DNA of 30,228 nucleotides, from assembly GCA_965215885.1 (NCBI GenBank), contig CBDCEW010000020.1, positions 1 to 30,228 on the forward strand. The letters run 5' to 3'. Origin of the DNA: Candidatus Moanibacter sp. (GTDB lineage Bacteria > Verrucomicrobiota > Verrucomicrobiia > Opitutales > UBA2987). Positions 8,165 to 17,474 of the stretch are shown piece by piece (the stretch's first letter is position 1; every line of letters starts with the position of its first letter). Made by a program: the position numbers and the translations under genes. The notes beneath the pieces are model-generated. The model saw only the letters and a list, made by a program, of their open reading frames with translations, made no database searches and was not told the DNA's origin.

Positions 8165-10419
8165 TCATTGCGGTTGCCCGGAAATCGATTGGAGCAGTTG
8201 CCTCGCGGGTTGGTAAGCGGGATTATTCTTCAATGCTTGCTGGGCGGCCGTTCGAGCGTCTGCCGTCCTTCCCTGACGCAGGTAGAGGGTCGCTTTGACG
8301 TAAGGATGATCGGGAACATCGGGCTCGATTGCTTGGGCTTTTTCAATGGCTTCAATGGCCTCTTCGAGTCTGTCCTTCCGGGCAAGAAGGAGGCTGAGAT
8401 TGTACCAAGCCCTCGCGAATACGGGATCAGCCTTCAACGCCAGGCGGAGATACCGTTCGGCCTCTTTGCTGTCGTTAATTTCGGCGTAAATCAGGGCGAG
8501 CATGAAGGGAAAATCAGGATTTGAGGAGTCCAGCTTTCGCGCTTTTTGAAGTGCCTCAATGGCCCCTTTGTATCTTCCTTGTGCATTCAGAAAAAGGGCG
8601 AGATTCTGCAGAAGACCGGGAGAGAGCTTATCCCACTCCACTGCTTTCCGGAACCATTTCTCGGCCTCGTCCAGGTTTCCTCTTCGGAAGGCTAATTGCG
8701 CCTTACGATCCGCTCCGGCCGGCTGATCGGAGTTGAATTCGACATACCTGGTCAATTCCGGTTGGACGGGCGAATTTGGACTCGACTGCTGGTGAAGGGC
8801 CCAGGCAGCGTCAATCCGAACCAGTCGGACAGGATCTTTCGCCAACTCTCCTATGCGCCTACCTTCTTCAGGATAGGGTGCAAGGGATAGAACGGAGGCG
8901 GACCGAACCAGGGGATGGGTGTCTTTGAGGGCCCCGCGTATGGTTGATCGAATACCCGGCTCGTGTGACCACCGACCTGCGAGAGTGATGAGGCCTGCCT
9001 TCCAGATGGGGTTCTCTTCCTTTTCGATAAGCGTCGAGAGCGGTTCCTCTATGACCGGGTCCCCCTCATAGGCGCGGGAAATGAAACGGGCGCGGTCTCT
9101 TGCGGTCCGTATGTTTCGGTCGTCGAACCAGCGCCTCCACCATTCAATCGCCCAATCCACCGTTTGGTCGCCATGGCAACGGTTGCAGGAATTTGGAATG
9201 CCAAGTTCCTTCGTAAGGACAGGATCGGGTATGATGAAACCATGGTCGCGACGGGGATCTCGCTGCATATAAGTGGTAGCGCTCATGTGACATTCAACAC
9301 ACCTGTTTCCAGTCGAGTCTGAAGGATGCCGGCTATGGACGACAGGATCGATGTGAGGAGCACCCAACCGTCGCGAAGAATCGTGACAGGAGAGACAGAG
9401 CGCATTATTACCGACCGGCAGCTTCAGGTTGCCGGAATGGGGGTCGTGGCAATCAAGGCAGGTTACTCCTGCCTGCCCCATTCTACTCATTTTCAGTGAC
9501 CCGTATACGTAGACTTCTTCGCGGATCTGGCCGTCTGGGTAATAAAGGTCTGGATGGGTTGGAAGGGTGAGCCGAAAATGATCATGAAATGAATCACCGG
9601 ACTTGAAGTCACCGGTCAGTTCCTCTCGACGGCTGTGGCAGGAAGCGCAGGAATCCATGGTCTGGGCCGAGGTCAGCGATACTCTCTTGTAGTTCGGGTT
9701 CGTGACCGCAGTGACGTGATTTACCATGGGGCCGTGGCACTGCAGGCAAGTGATCCCCTGTTCCGCCCAAGTGGAAGTGTATGAGTCGCTTTTTGAATCG
9801 TAACCTTTATCAAAGAAGGTCATGTGGCAGGAGGCGCACTGCGAGTTCCAATTCATCCCCCTCCGCGACCAGTGGCCCCATTCACCGGGGTCGCGCTTCT
9901 CGTCTCCGAAAACGTTGAACCAATCTTCCTTTTCCGGATCCCAGGCTAGTGGGAATACCTGTTGCCTCCCACCAGGGAATGGGACGACATACTGGCGAAT
10001 CGGGCTGTGGCCGATGACCATTTGAGGGTGATAAAGCGGTTCATCGTCCTGATCATCTGACATCAGGAACAGAAACTCTTCGCCATGCTTTCGAATGATT
10101 GTTACGCCGGAAGAATCCCGCACCTCTTTCGATGGTTGAAAGGCCCCATCGTCGGAATCCGGCTTCAGCTTCCGATTCGCATTCCCGTGGTGTGAATCAG
10201 ACCAGGCGGCAAATTTGTCCGAATGGCACTCTCGACAGGTTCGGGAAGAGAGGGCCGGTGAATTCTCACGAACCGGAGTCTGTGCGGCCGCCTCTTCCTG
10301 GGTGTCGCTGATTTCAGGCTTCTTGCATGCTGAGATAAAAAAATCGCGGAGAGGACAAGAGTGAGGACAAAATAGGCGAGGACTACAGAGGGCAGTGGTC
10401 GGAGGATGGAACTGGGCAT
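8165..10419 (-). CDS. Octaheme c-type cytochrome with HEAT and TPR repeats; probable lipoprotein whose signal peptide is separated by a frameshift in an A7/T7 run (10337-10343)
   Basis: Eight CxxCH motifs (CRECH, CASCH, CLQCH, CASCH, CLDCH, CLSCH, CVECH, CNRCH), HEAT (HPLVRSASV) and C-terminal TPRs. ATG 10419 gives a hydrophobic leader in a different frame from FISAC. Confidence 0.85.
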
Positions 10420-10534
10420 TCGCTTCTGTCTTACAATTCGGAAGATTCGAATTGGTTCTGCCAGACAATCCGTAGAGCCTGTGAGTTTCGAATATTGTAG
10501 AAGCTATTGATTCCGGTAGAAGTAGGCAAAACAT

Positions 10535-10945
10535 CTACTCCATCAGAAACACCATTTCCATTTCGCTCCATTGGGCTCCCGGCTTGCGGTTTGGGAGTTG
10601 AATCTGGCAGGGGTCGGTTTCCTTCCACCATCGCTTTGTCTCCGGATCCTCGGATATTGCCTGCATGTCGGCTTCGTAATCGTAGCCGGTGTATTCCCAG
10701 TAGCCGAACAGGTATTTCTTTCCGTCGAGCTCGGTGGTATAGATGGAAAAGTTTCGAATGTTCGAGTCCTTGAGCCGCTGGAGGACGCTCGGCCAGGTGC
10801 CCGAGTGAAGATCTCTGTAATACTGCTCCTTTTCCGCCGCCAGTCCGATGACGGTTCCCATCCGTTTCACTTCGGCGTGTTGGTACTCTTCCGGGGTTGG
10901 ATTCGTGGGCCCGTAGACGGGGTTAATTGCGGCATCGTTACTCAT
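10535..10945 (-). CDS. rhaM: L-rhamnose mutarotase family protein
   Basis: YRDLHSGTWPSV, SNIRNFSIY, LFGYWEY, DPETKRWW, WSEMEMVF. RBS aggagg upstream. Confidence 0.85.
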   Translation of the reverse strand: MSNDAAINPVYGPTNPTPEEYQHAEVKRMGTVIGLAAEKEQYYRDLHSGTWPSVLQRLKDSNIRNFSIYTTELDGKKYLFGYWEYTGYDYEADMQAISEDPETKRWWKETDPCQIQLPNRKPGAQWSEMEMVFLME

Positions 10946-10966
10946 ACGACCTCCTTGTATTGGTGC

Positions 10967-11257
10967 CTATTTCAGGTACTTCTTGAGGTCCCGGTAATAA
11001 TTCTCGTGCGGACCGAACGTAATCAGATTCAGTTCATGTTTTGAGATTGAATAGGCCAGAAGGATCAACTGCTTATATATTTTGAACTTGTGCACGCGGA
11101 CCCCTCGCAGCTCACCCTTCTTCTTTTGACCGATATCCGGATCCTCCAAAATTCTCTTGATCTCGGAATCAAGCAGATCCTTTTCTCTCTTCCTTAATCT
11201 CTTGGCTTTCCGTCCAAACAAAGATGACTGGTAGATTTTGATGTCACCCGAAGGCAT
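10967..11257 (-). CDS. Type II toxin, RelE/ParE-like
   Basis: DPDIGQKKKGELRGVRVHKF...LLAY...GPHENYYRDLK. Overlaps the antitoxin stop. Confidence 0.88.
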   Translation of the reverse strand: MPSGDIKIYQSSLFGRKAKRLRKREKDLLDSEIKRILEDPDIGQKKKGELRGVRVHKFKIYKQLILLAYSISKHELNLITFGPHENYYRDLKKYLK

Positions 11258-11462
11258 ATTCTTCTTTTTCCTCCTCCTTCAGCTCTTCTAGTCCAAGAAG
11301 AATCTCCTTGATGAAGGTAAAAGGCAGATCGGGATTCTCTTCGGCAATCTTTCCAATCTTGGCCCAGTACTCGACCTGCGCGGTCATGGACCGATGCTCG
11401 ATTGAACTTCGTCTCTTCGCCTTGTCGGCGAGATTCTCCGATATTCGAATCACAGTGCTCAT
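11244..11462 (-). CDS. Type II antitoxin, ParD-like (ribbon-helix-helix)
   Basis: MSTVIRISENL...RSMTAQVEYWAKIGKIAEENPDLP, acidic tail, upstream of the toxin. Confidence 0.88.
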   Translation of the reverse strand: MSTVIRISENLADKAKRRSSIEHRSMTAQVEYWAKIGKIAEENPDLPFTFIKEILLGLEELKEEEKEEYAFG

Positions 11463-11497
11463 GTAGCGGAATGTAGCAAATTGAGACTGTTTGTCAA
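11463..11497 (-). promoter_or_regulatory. Sigma70-type promoter of the TA operon, probably leaderless
   Basis: Minus strand TTGACA-16 nt-TACATT with a TGn extension, 7 nt before ATG. No RBS. GCTACAT occurs twice. Confidence 0.6.
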
Positions 11498-11511
11498 TCT
11501 TGTTCCCGCCG

Positions 11512-12306
11512 CTAACGAACAACTTTGCGAATAATGTAACCACCCGAACGCTCATCCAGCTCCAGATCCACCTGGCTTCGGGCCTGAGCTTCCTCGAGCA
11601 ATTTACTGAATGAATCGAACCCGTAGTAGCTTTCGTTGAATTCGGGCCGGCGACGCTTCAATGCCTGCTTGACCATTGATCCCCAGAGCTTTTCCTGATC
11701 ACCCCGCTCGGCATTGAGGGCATCCGCCGTCTCGAGCGCCAGATCAATCCCCTCCTGCATAGCGTCTTCGGGTTTTGCCTTGGTCTTTGGACGCTTCGGC
11801 GAACGAGTTTGCACCGGTTTGCGCTTTATGCGTTTCCGCTCTTCCTCGCGGATAAGGTCGTCGTAGAAAATGAACTCGTCGCAGTTGCTGATGAGAAGCT
11901 CGGAGGTGGAGTTTTTCACCCCAACGCCGATGACCGTCTTCGCATTCTCCCGCAGCTTACTGACAAGCGGGGAGAAATCAGAATCGCCGCTGATAATAAC
12001 GAAATTGTCGACGTGTGATTTCGTGTAACAGAGATCCAAGGCATCCACGACCATTCGAATATCCGCCGAGTTTTTTCCCGTTAACCGTCGACCGGGAATA
12101 TCGATGAGTTCGAATGCCGCTTCATGCATCCCGGTTTTGAAGTCCTTGTACCGCTCCCAATCGCAATAGGCCTTCTTTACGATGATGCTGCCTTTAACGA
12201 GCAAACGTTCAATAATTCTGTTGATGTCGAATTTCGAGAACTTAGCGTCCTGAACGCCACGTGCGATGTTCTCGAAATCGCAGAACAGGGCGAGGTTGTT
12301 TTCCAT
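11512..12306 (-). CDS. NYN domain (LabA/DUF88) protein with C-terminal OST-HTH/LOTUS
   Basis: LALFCDFEN, GKNSADIRMVVDA, ISGDSDFSPL, CDEFIFYD, FNESYYGFDSFSKLLE. Start ATG 12306; the longer ORF runs through repeats. Confidence 0.92.
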   Translation of the reverse strand: MENNLALFCDFENIARGVQDAKFSKFDINRIIERLLVKGSIIVKKAYCDWERYKDFKTGMHEAAFELIDIPGRRLTGKNSADIRMVVDALDLCYTKSHVDNFVIISGDSDFSPLVSKLRENAKTVIGVGVKNSTSELLISNCDEFIFYDDLIREEERKRIKRKPVQTRSPKRPKTKAKPEDAMQEGIDLALETADALNAERGDQEKLWGSMVKQALKRRRPEFNESYYGFDSFSKLLEEAQARSQVDLELDERSGGYIIRKVVR

Positions 12307-12355
12307 ACGTGCTAAGTACGACTTTCCGAAATTAGAGCAAGATGATTCCTTATTC

Positions 12356-12698
12356 CTGTCCTGGCACATCAATGTCCATACGGGGTTCCAGGCGATACTT
12401 TCAGGCGTTTCAATAGCGAAAACGGCAAATATCGTCCTCGTCCTCGTTCTCCTCCTCGTCCTCGGAGCGCAGCGATCTTTATGGAACGATCTATCCGAGA
12501 AATCACTCCTACCACTCTGCGATTCACTTTGATTGAGCGTCAACTTTCGGGCTGTTTCGAGGACGAGGAGGAGGACGAGGACGATTTGTAGGAGGGCTCG
12601 GAACCCCAAATTAGACGTTTCACACCCGTTTGATCCGGCTGCCCGCCGGGGGCCCTACTGACCTGGCACATCAATGTCCATACGGGATTCCAGGCGAT
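12356..12698. repeat. 41-bp direct repeat (12356-12396, 12658-12698) enclosing an inverted TCGTCC hexamer array
   Basis: ctg(t/a)cctggcacatcaatgtccatacggg(g/a)ttccaggcgat twice, 302 bp apart. atcgtcctcgtcctcg (from ~12431) pairs with cgaggacgag...gacgat (~12558-12586). Confidence 0.75.
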
Positions 12699-12794
12699 CG
12701 ATAAACGCTCAATTCGGTGGCAAACGGATCGAAAAGCTCCCGCTTTCCGCTACGTTCCGAATCGAAGTATGTAGCGGAAAGCGGGAGCTTTTCG
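12693..12794. repeat. REP doublet family 2, copy 1
   Basis: Inverted GTAGCGGAAAGCGGGAGCTTTTCG units at 12730-12753 and 12771-12794 with a 17-bp spacer. 5' flank shared with 16516. Confidence 0.8.
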
Positions 12795-12812
12795 TCCTGC
12801 CAAGGTCTCTAG

Positions 12813-12986
12813 CCCGAACATTTCACAAACCTTCTGCTACGACCACGGATATCACTGCATCTCAAGGCCTTACCTTGCCCGGCGACCTCAGAGGGTCTCA
12901 ACACACTGTCGCCCGCCGTGCAACGCAAAGGCTCTGATATGCAGCAATCTACGCGGTCTCGCTACGAAGTGTGTGAAATGTCAGGG
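12813..12986 (+). mobile_element. 174-bp MITE, copy B
   Basis: TIRs cccgaacatttcaca...tgtgaaatgtcaggg, CTAG on both sides (12809-12812, 12987-12990). Confidence 0.9.
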
Positions 12987-13077
12987 CTAGTTTCACACTG
13001 CCGTACGGCAGAGTTTGATCGGGCGGCGCCTTCATCAGGTCAGTCGCTTTTGACGAGGTTGTATTGATCAATCAAGG

Positions 13078-14115
13078 TTACGCAATCTCGACCCGGTTTC
13101 CTTCCGAAAGGAGCGCAGCTTGATACACCTTCATCAGGGAGAGCGCGAAATCCAGTGAACCGGTATCTGCCGTGCACCCTTCCAGGATGCAGTCACAGAA
13201 GTATCGCATCTCATGGTAGAAGCCCTGGGTGAAGAGCGCCTTGTTCTCAAGGGAGGCAATGGTGTCCACCGGTTCCCAAATCACCCTGCCCGAGTCCAAT
13301 CCTTGCGGTATGTAGTTCGTCGTCTTTGAGTAGTCCAACGGAATCCCCCGATTGACGGTTACGCGCAGGTTGTTTTCGATCGTTATGTGACTCTTGCCCC
13401 AGAATGCGTAGCGTTCGGACGTTCGCCGGCGGGCCGAAACGAGGTTGAACGTTCCCACCGCGCCATTTGTAAATTCGATTACGCAGACTCCTCCGCCATT
13501 GCTGCTTCGATGCATTGTGACGGCGGTGGCGGGTCCGCCAACTGCCAACAGCAGCGACAAAGGATGGCATCCATTATTGAGCCAGTTGGGCGCCTGGTGC
13601 TCACGGAGCACAGTTTCACCGTTTTCCGGAATGGTCATCGGATACTCCGCGGAAAGGCCTCTCAATGGGCCGTGTTCGTCCATCGCGAGCAGTTCGATGA
13701 CTTTGCGGGTAGCGGGCATAAAGGCCTTTTTCAATCCCACGACGACGACGCGGTCGCGGCGATGTTCGATCATCGTCTCTACCTTCGAAGCGAGAACGGC
13801 GGGTGGTTTTTCCATCCAGACATGCAGCCCAGCGGCGAGGGCCTGGCACGCCAGATCGGGATGCTTTTCCGCAGAGACGCAAAGGAACACCGCGTCGAGG
13901 TCTTCCTGACGGTACATATCCCCGGCGCTCGCATAGCAGGATCGAACCCCGTATTCCGGCGCAGTTCTCTCGGCCAGATCGAGATTGAGGTCGCAGAACG
14001 ATATCAGACGCACAGGCAGGTAGTGCATGGCGGGAAGGATGTTTCTATAGGCGTGGGAGCCGATGCCCACGACGCCGATGTTCAGGCGCTTTTCGAATTC
14101 TCTTTGATAGCTCAT
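13078..14115 (-). CDS. Gfo/Idh/MocA family oxidoreductase
   Basis: [27 protein letters not shown]. Confidence 0.9.
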   Translation of the reverse strand: MSYQREFEKRLNIGVVGIGSHAYRNILPAMHYLPVRLISFCDLNLDLAERTAPEYGVRSCYASAGDMYRQEDLDAVFLCVSAEKHPDLACQALAAGLHVWMEKPPAVLASKVETMIEHRRDRVVVVGLKKAFMPATRKVIELLAMDEHGPLRGLSAEYPMTIPENGETVLREHQAPNWLNNGCHPLSLLLAVGGPATAVTMHRSSNGGGVCVIEFTNGAVGTFNLVSARRRTSERYAFWGKSHITIENNLRVTVNRGIPLDYSKTTNYIPQGLDSGRVIWEPVDTIASLENKALFTQGFYHEMRYFCDCILEGCTADTGSLDFALSLMKVYQAALLSEGNRVEIA

Positions 14116-14155
14116 TTAGGAGTCTGTCGGACTTTGTCGTTCGATCACTTTTCAA

Positions 14156-14283
14156 GATTCCGTTGAATAAGTCGTCATCGCGGAAGTGTCGCCCACTTTC
14201 TGACGAAAGCGGCTACAAATATCAACGATTTACGAAGCTGGGTAGCCGAGTGCGTGAGAACGTGGAGTTTTTTCGGCAGAATC
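14156..14283 (-). mobile_element. ~128-bp REP-doublet element, copy 2 (inverted)
   Basis: Ends gattccgttgaa/ttcggcagaatc. REPs at 14193-14216 and 14242-14265. The 25-bp spacer holds TATCAACGATTTA (14220-14232). Confidence 0.8.
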
Positions 14284-14309
14284 CAGCAAGTGATAGAACT
14301 ATAAGGCTC

Positions 14310-15173
14310 CTATAGGAATTCATTTCGCACGAAAGCGAGATCACGCTCCACCTCACTTCGGCCGTCGTAGCCCTTTTTGGCGGCGCCGTGAGACGGGTTC
14401 AGGCAGATCACCGGACTCACGCCATCCGTAATCACCCGCTCGGTGATTTCCCACACCGGCCAGGAGGCGTCCTCGAGACACGACTTCCAGCGCAAAGTCG
14501 TCGATCCTTCTTCGGATTGGCCTCCCTTCAGGTGATAGTAGGTGATCAAAGGTTTGAGTTGCTGATATACATCGAGGGAAGGAAAAGTTCCCATCTGCCA
14601 GAGGTTTTGGACATCCCAGGTCAGGCTCGCTGCGTCGCCGCAGTTTAACGACCCGAAGAAATCGAGGATTTCATTAGGATTTGAGAAGATATTGGCGTGG
14701 CATTCGTTCTCGATGGTGGCACGAAATCCCGCTGCCGTAATCTTCTCGATCGCCTCGCGATAGAGTTCGATGAGCCAGGGATGTTCGGTTCGCAGATACT
14801 CGGTCGAGTTGGCAAGGTTGTCGCGTTTGGTGGTTCTAGCCGACAAAAGCCGAATAAGGTCCGGCTGAAGTACCCGCGCGAAGGCGATGGCACGATCCAG
14901 AGGCTCAAGGTTGTTTCGGCGAAATTCCTCTTCTCCGGACTCGACGTCATCGTGAAACAGGGTAGTGGAGAGGCAGTATACCGAAAGACCGCGCTCCCTG
15001 ATCAGACTCGCCGCTCGGTGGGCTTCCGAGTCGGTAAGTTCGACAATTCCCCTTCCGAAAATCGCGTCCTTCAGGTCGAGGTAGTGCAGACCCCACTGGA
15101 CGTGCCGATCGAGGGCGGTCGGGAAGTCCCGGTCGGCCATCGTATTGAGCATGGTGATTGATACGGTAGGCAT
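14310..15173 (-). CDS. Sugar phosphate isomerase/epimerase (xylose-isomerase-like TIM barrel)
   Basis: Metal-ligand pattern IENE...WDVQN...YHLKG; GLSVYCLST. Confidence 0.8.
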   Translation of the reverse strand: MPTVSITMLNTMADRDFPTALDRHVQWGLHYLDLKDAIFGRGIVELTDSEAHRAASLIRERGLSVYCLSTTLFHDDVESGEEEFRRNNLEPLDRAIAFARVLQPDLIRLLSARTTKRDNLANSTEYLRTEHPWLIELYREAIEKITAAGFRATIENECHANIFSNPNEILDFFGSLNCGDAASLTWDVQNLWQMGTFPSLDVYQQLKPLITYYHLKGGQSEEGSTTLRWKSCLEDASWPVWEITERVITDGVSPVICLNPSHGAAKKGYDGRSEVERDLAFVRNEFL

Positions 15174-15230
15174 CTGTTTTATCCTGAAAGCCTCACCGGA
15201 TGGATGCAAACGGATGGATTCCCGGGTGAA

Positions 15231-15320
15231 GTTGGCAAAGATGTTTGTGTTCCGGTTCCGACAGGTCCGGGCCTTGGCGCGACCTACGATTGGGACTATA
15301 TCGAGAAGTACTCCTCATGA
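15231..15320 (+). pseudogene. 3' remnant of a mandelate racemase/enolase-superfamily gene
   Basis: Translates VGKDVCVPVPTGPGLGATYDWDYIEKYSS*, the PxxPGLG C-terminal signature. Not in the ORF track. Confidence 0.7.
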
Positions 15321-15400
15321 CATCGCTCTCACGACGCGTCGTCATCACGCCCCAGCAACCGTATGTTTCCATCGTTCGGAGAGAGAGGCCGCGATGGGTT

Positions 15401-16456
15401 TCAGTCCAGGAACCCATCCACGACCTGCTCGTCTTCCGAAATCATAGGATGGCGCTCATCTTGCAAGGGTAGATCGATAAACTGTCCGCTCGCCGCTGAC
15501 TGATAGCCCGCCGTCGTCAACTCGGCGATAGCGAGACCGTCCCTGGGTCCGGATTCGATCTCCGCCCTACCCGAAATGGCATCGATCAGGTTCTGCACGC
15601 AGCCCAGACCTCCTGTTGCCCCGATGATCGGGACGTCTACCGGGGTTCCATTTTCCGAAAGACCTTCCGGAGAGGCGTGGAGGTAAGCGCCTTCGCACCA
15701 GACATCGATGGAGCTGGTCACGGAATTCTCCTTGGAAAAACGGTTGCGACCCGTGATCGCCGAGGCGGTAAACCCATCGTACTCACACAGCAACATCGCG
15801 GCATCTTCGGTCCCGAATTGATCGTAGAAGTCCGGCCAGTAAGCAGTTTCGAAATGACAATAGACGCGACGGGGCAGCCCGAACGCCTTCTGAATCAGAT
15901 CCACGGGATGACTGCCAAGGTTCATCAGTTCTCCGCCCCCGTTGACGCGAACCTCGGTCGGATAACTGACATACTGCATTAGATCGCCATCCTGAAACTG
16001 TCGGATGAAGTGATGGGTATAGGAGACCGGGCGTCGATAGGTCCCATTCCGCAGCCTTTCGAGCAGCAACCGAAATCCCGGATTGAATCTCGCCGGATAC
16101 GCCAAATGAACTTTCACATCGGCCTCTTCAGTGACGGCGACGATCTCCCTCGCCTCTCGGACCGTTCGCGCAATGGGTTTGTCAACCAGGACGTGCTTTC
16201 CACATTCCACGGCCTTCCGGATCAGGTTTCGCTTCAGGTAAAAGTCCGTCGCGATACAGACGATGTCGACATCGTCTCTTTCGAGCACGGCGTCGTAGTC
16301 CGGCGAGCAGGTCAAATCGTAGAGCGTTTCCAGCGGCTTCGCCTTCTCCGAATTATGCTCGGCAAGCGCCGCGATCACACAGTCATCTCGTTCAGCCCAG
16401 CGAGGCCCGTAGGAGTTCTGGTGGGCCCGATTGCCGATCAATCCAATTCGGTACAC
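15401..16456 (-). CDS. Gfo/Idh/MocA family oxidoreductase
   Basis: RIGLIG, DVDIVCIAT, GKHVLVDKP, GGGELMNLGSHPVD. Confidence 0.9.
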   Translation of the reverse strand: MYRIGLIGNRAHQNSYGPRWAERDDCVIAALAEHNSEKAKPLETLYDLTCSPDYDAVLERDDVDIVCIATDFYLKRNLIRKAVECGKHVLVDKPIARTVREAREIVAVTEEADVKVHLAYPARFNPGFRLLLERLRNGTYRRPVSYTHHFIRQFQDGDLMQYVSYPTEVRVNGGGELMNLGSHPVDLIQKAFGLPRRVYCHFETAYWPDFYDQFGTEDAAMLLCEYDGFTASAITGRNRFSKENSVTSSIDVWCEGAYLHASPEGLSENGTPVDVPIIGATGGLGCVQNLIDAISGRAEIESGPRDGLAIAELTTAGYQSAASGQFIDLPLQDERHPMISEDEQVVDGFLD

Positions 16457-16487
16457 GGTGTCACCGCCTGTTAGTGATTGGAAACTT

Positions 16488-16617
16488 CTCTGCCGTACGG
16501 CAGAGCGGGTTTGCGGGCGATCGATAAAAGCTCAATTCGGTGGCAGCGGGATCGAAAAGCTCCCGCTTTTCGCTACATGCTTCGATTCGGAACGTAGCGG
16601 AATGCGGGAGCATTTCG
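16488..16617. repeat. CTCTGCCGTACGGCAGAG palindrome plus REP doublet family 2, copy 2
   Basis: Palindrome at 16488-16505. REPs at 16553-16576 and 16594-16617, with the 17-bp spacer inverted relative to copy 1. Confidence 0.8.
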
Positions 16618-16870
16618 CCTTCGTGGATGACTCCAGTTTCATCCATGCTTGATCCGGCGATCACACGCTCGCCGGGAAAGGGCTGAAGAGGCGCTGCCAT
16701 AGTGGGAAAGATGCCGGAATCGAACTGGAAGGTCAAGCTTCAGGGATGGGACGGCAGCTTCGGTGCGCCGGGGCCGCGCCTGCACTCCGAAGTGCACCCG
16801 AGAAATTTTCGGATGGACTGCGAGCAGAGGACTGAAACAAGATGGCCTGACATTTCCGGCGCAATACGCG

Positions 16871-17128
16871 ATGAACTCAACAGGCCCAATACCACGGCGG
16901 CGTTTGCCACTTAAGATATTCGACCTCGAGATGGCTTTCGAATCGGCGGCGAGTTTCGAAGCCGGGATGCTGGAGGGACCGTCCCGAGCCTATCTCGATC
17001 TGGAAACCGGCCAGATCGTCTGGCCCGATCCAGTTCCGGGCGATGCTGAGGTTCCGATTCCGCAGGACGTCTCGGAATTCCTGCTGGAACCGCTGAAAAG
17101 GGATGTTGGAATTGGTCTCGAACACTAA
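16871..17128 (+). pseudogene. Probable UPF0158-family 5' fragment with an unrelated tail
   Basis: FDLEMAFE...RAYLDLETGQIV resembles the UPF0158 N-terminus. The family's C-terminal GAFRRFK-type motif is absent. Confidence 0.5.
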
Positions 17129-17363
17129 GACGAAGTTGACGACAGAGCTCGCGACGAAGTTTCCCTTTCGGGTGGAAGAGGCGCCAGCCCAACCTTAATC
17201 GTAAGCTTTGTCGTAATCCCGCTGGGCGCGACGATGGATCGGGCGGAGGAGACGACGAAGTTGACGACGAAGCTCGCGACAAAGTTGACGAAGCCCTTCG
17301 ACCCGTCTACGCTCTGCTGCGCCGTGGCAGGCAAGGCTCAGGGCCCTGATCGCGCTGAGCGGG
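17129..17363. repeat. GACGAAGYT array followed by a nested hairpin element
   Basis: Repeated gacgaagtt/gacgaagctcgc/gacaaagtt units, then cccttcgac[17303-17331]caaggctcagggccctga. Confidence 0.7.
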
Positions 17364-17474
17364 ACGCAGGGCGGTCGAGGGCTGCGCTAAGGATAACAAG
17401 AGAATTGACCTGAAAGAGGAGGGTGATTAGCAGGTTCAGGGGCATGGAGGAACAGGCAGAAACGACGGAGAATT

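Noticed and set aside
12307..12609. 101-aa N-terminal extension of the NYN protein
   Set aside because: It translates hexamer repeat arrays (RTRRRTRT, VLVLLLVL); the domain starts at ATG 12306.
12356..12698. Possible CRISPR array from ~37-41-bp direct repeats
   Set aside because: Only two units with a ~260-bp gap, and no cas genes in the window.
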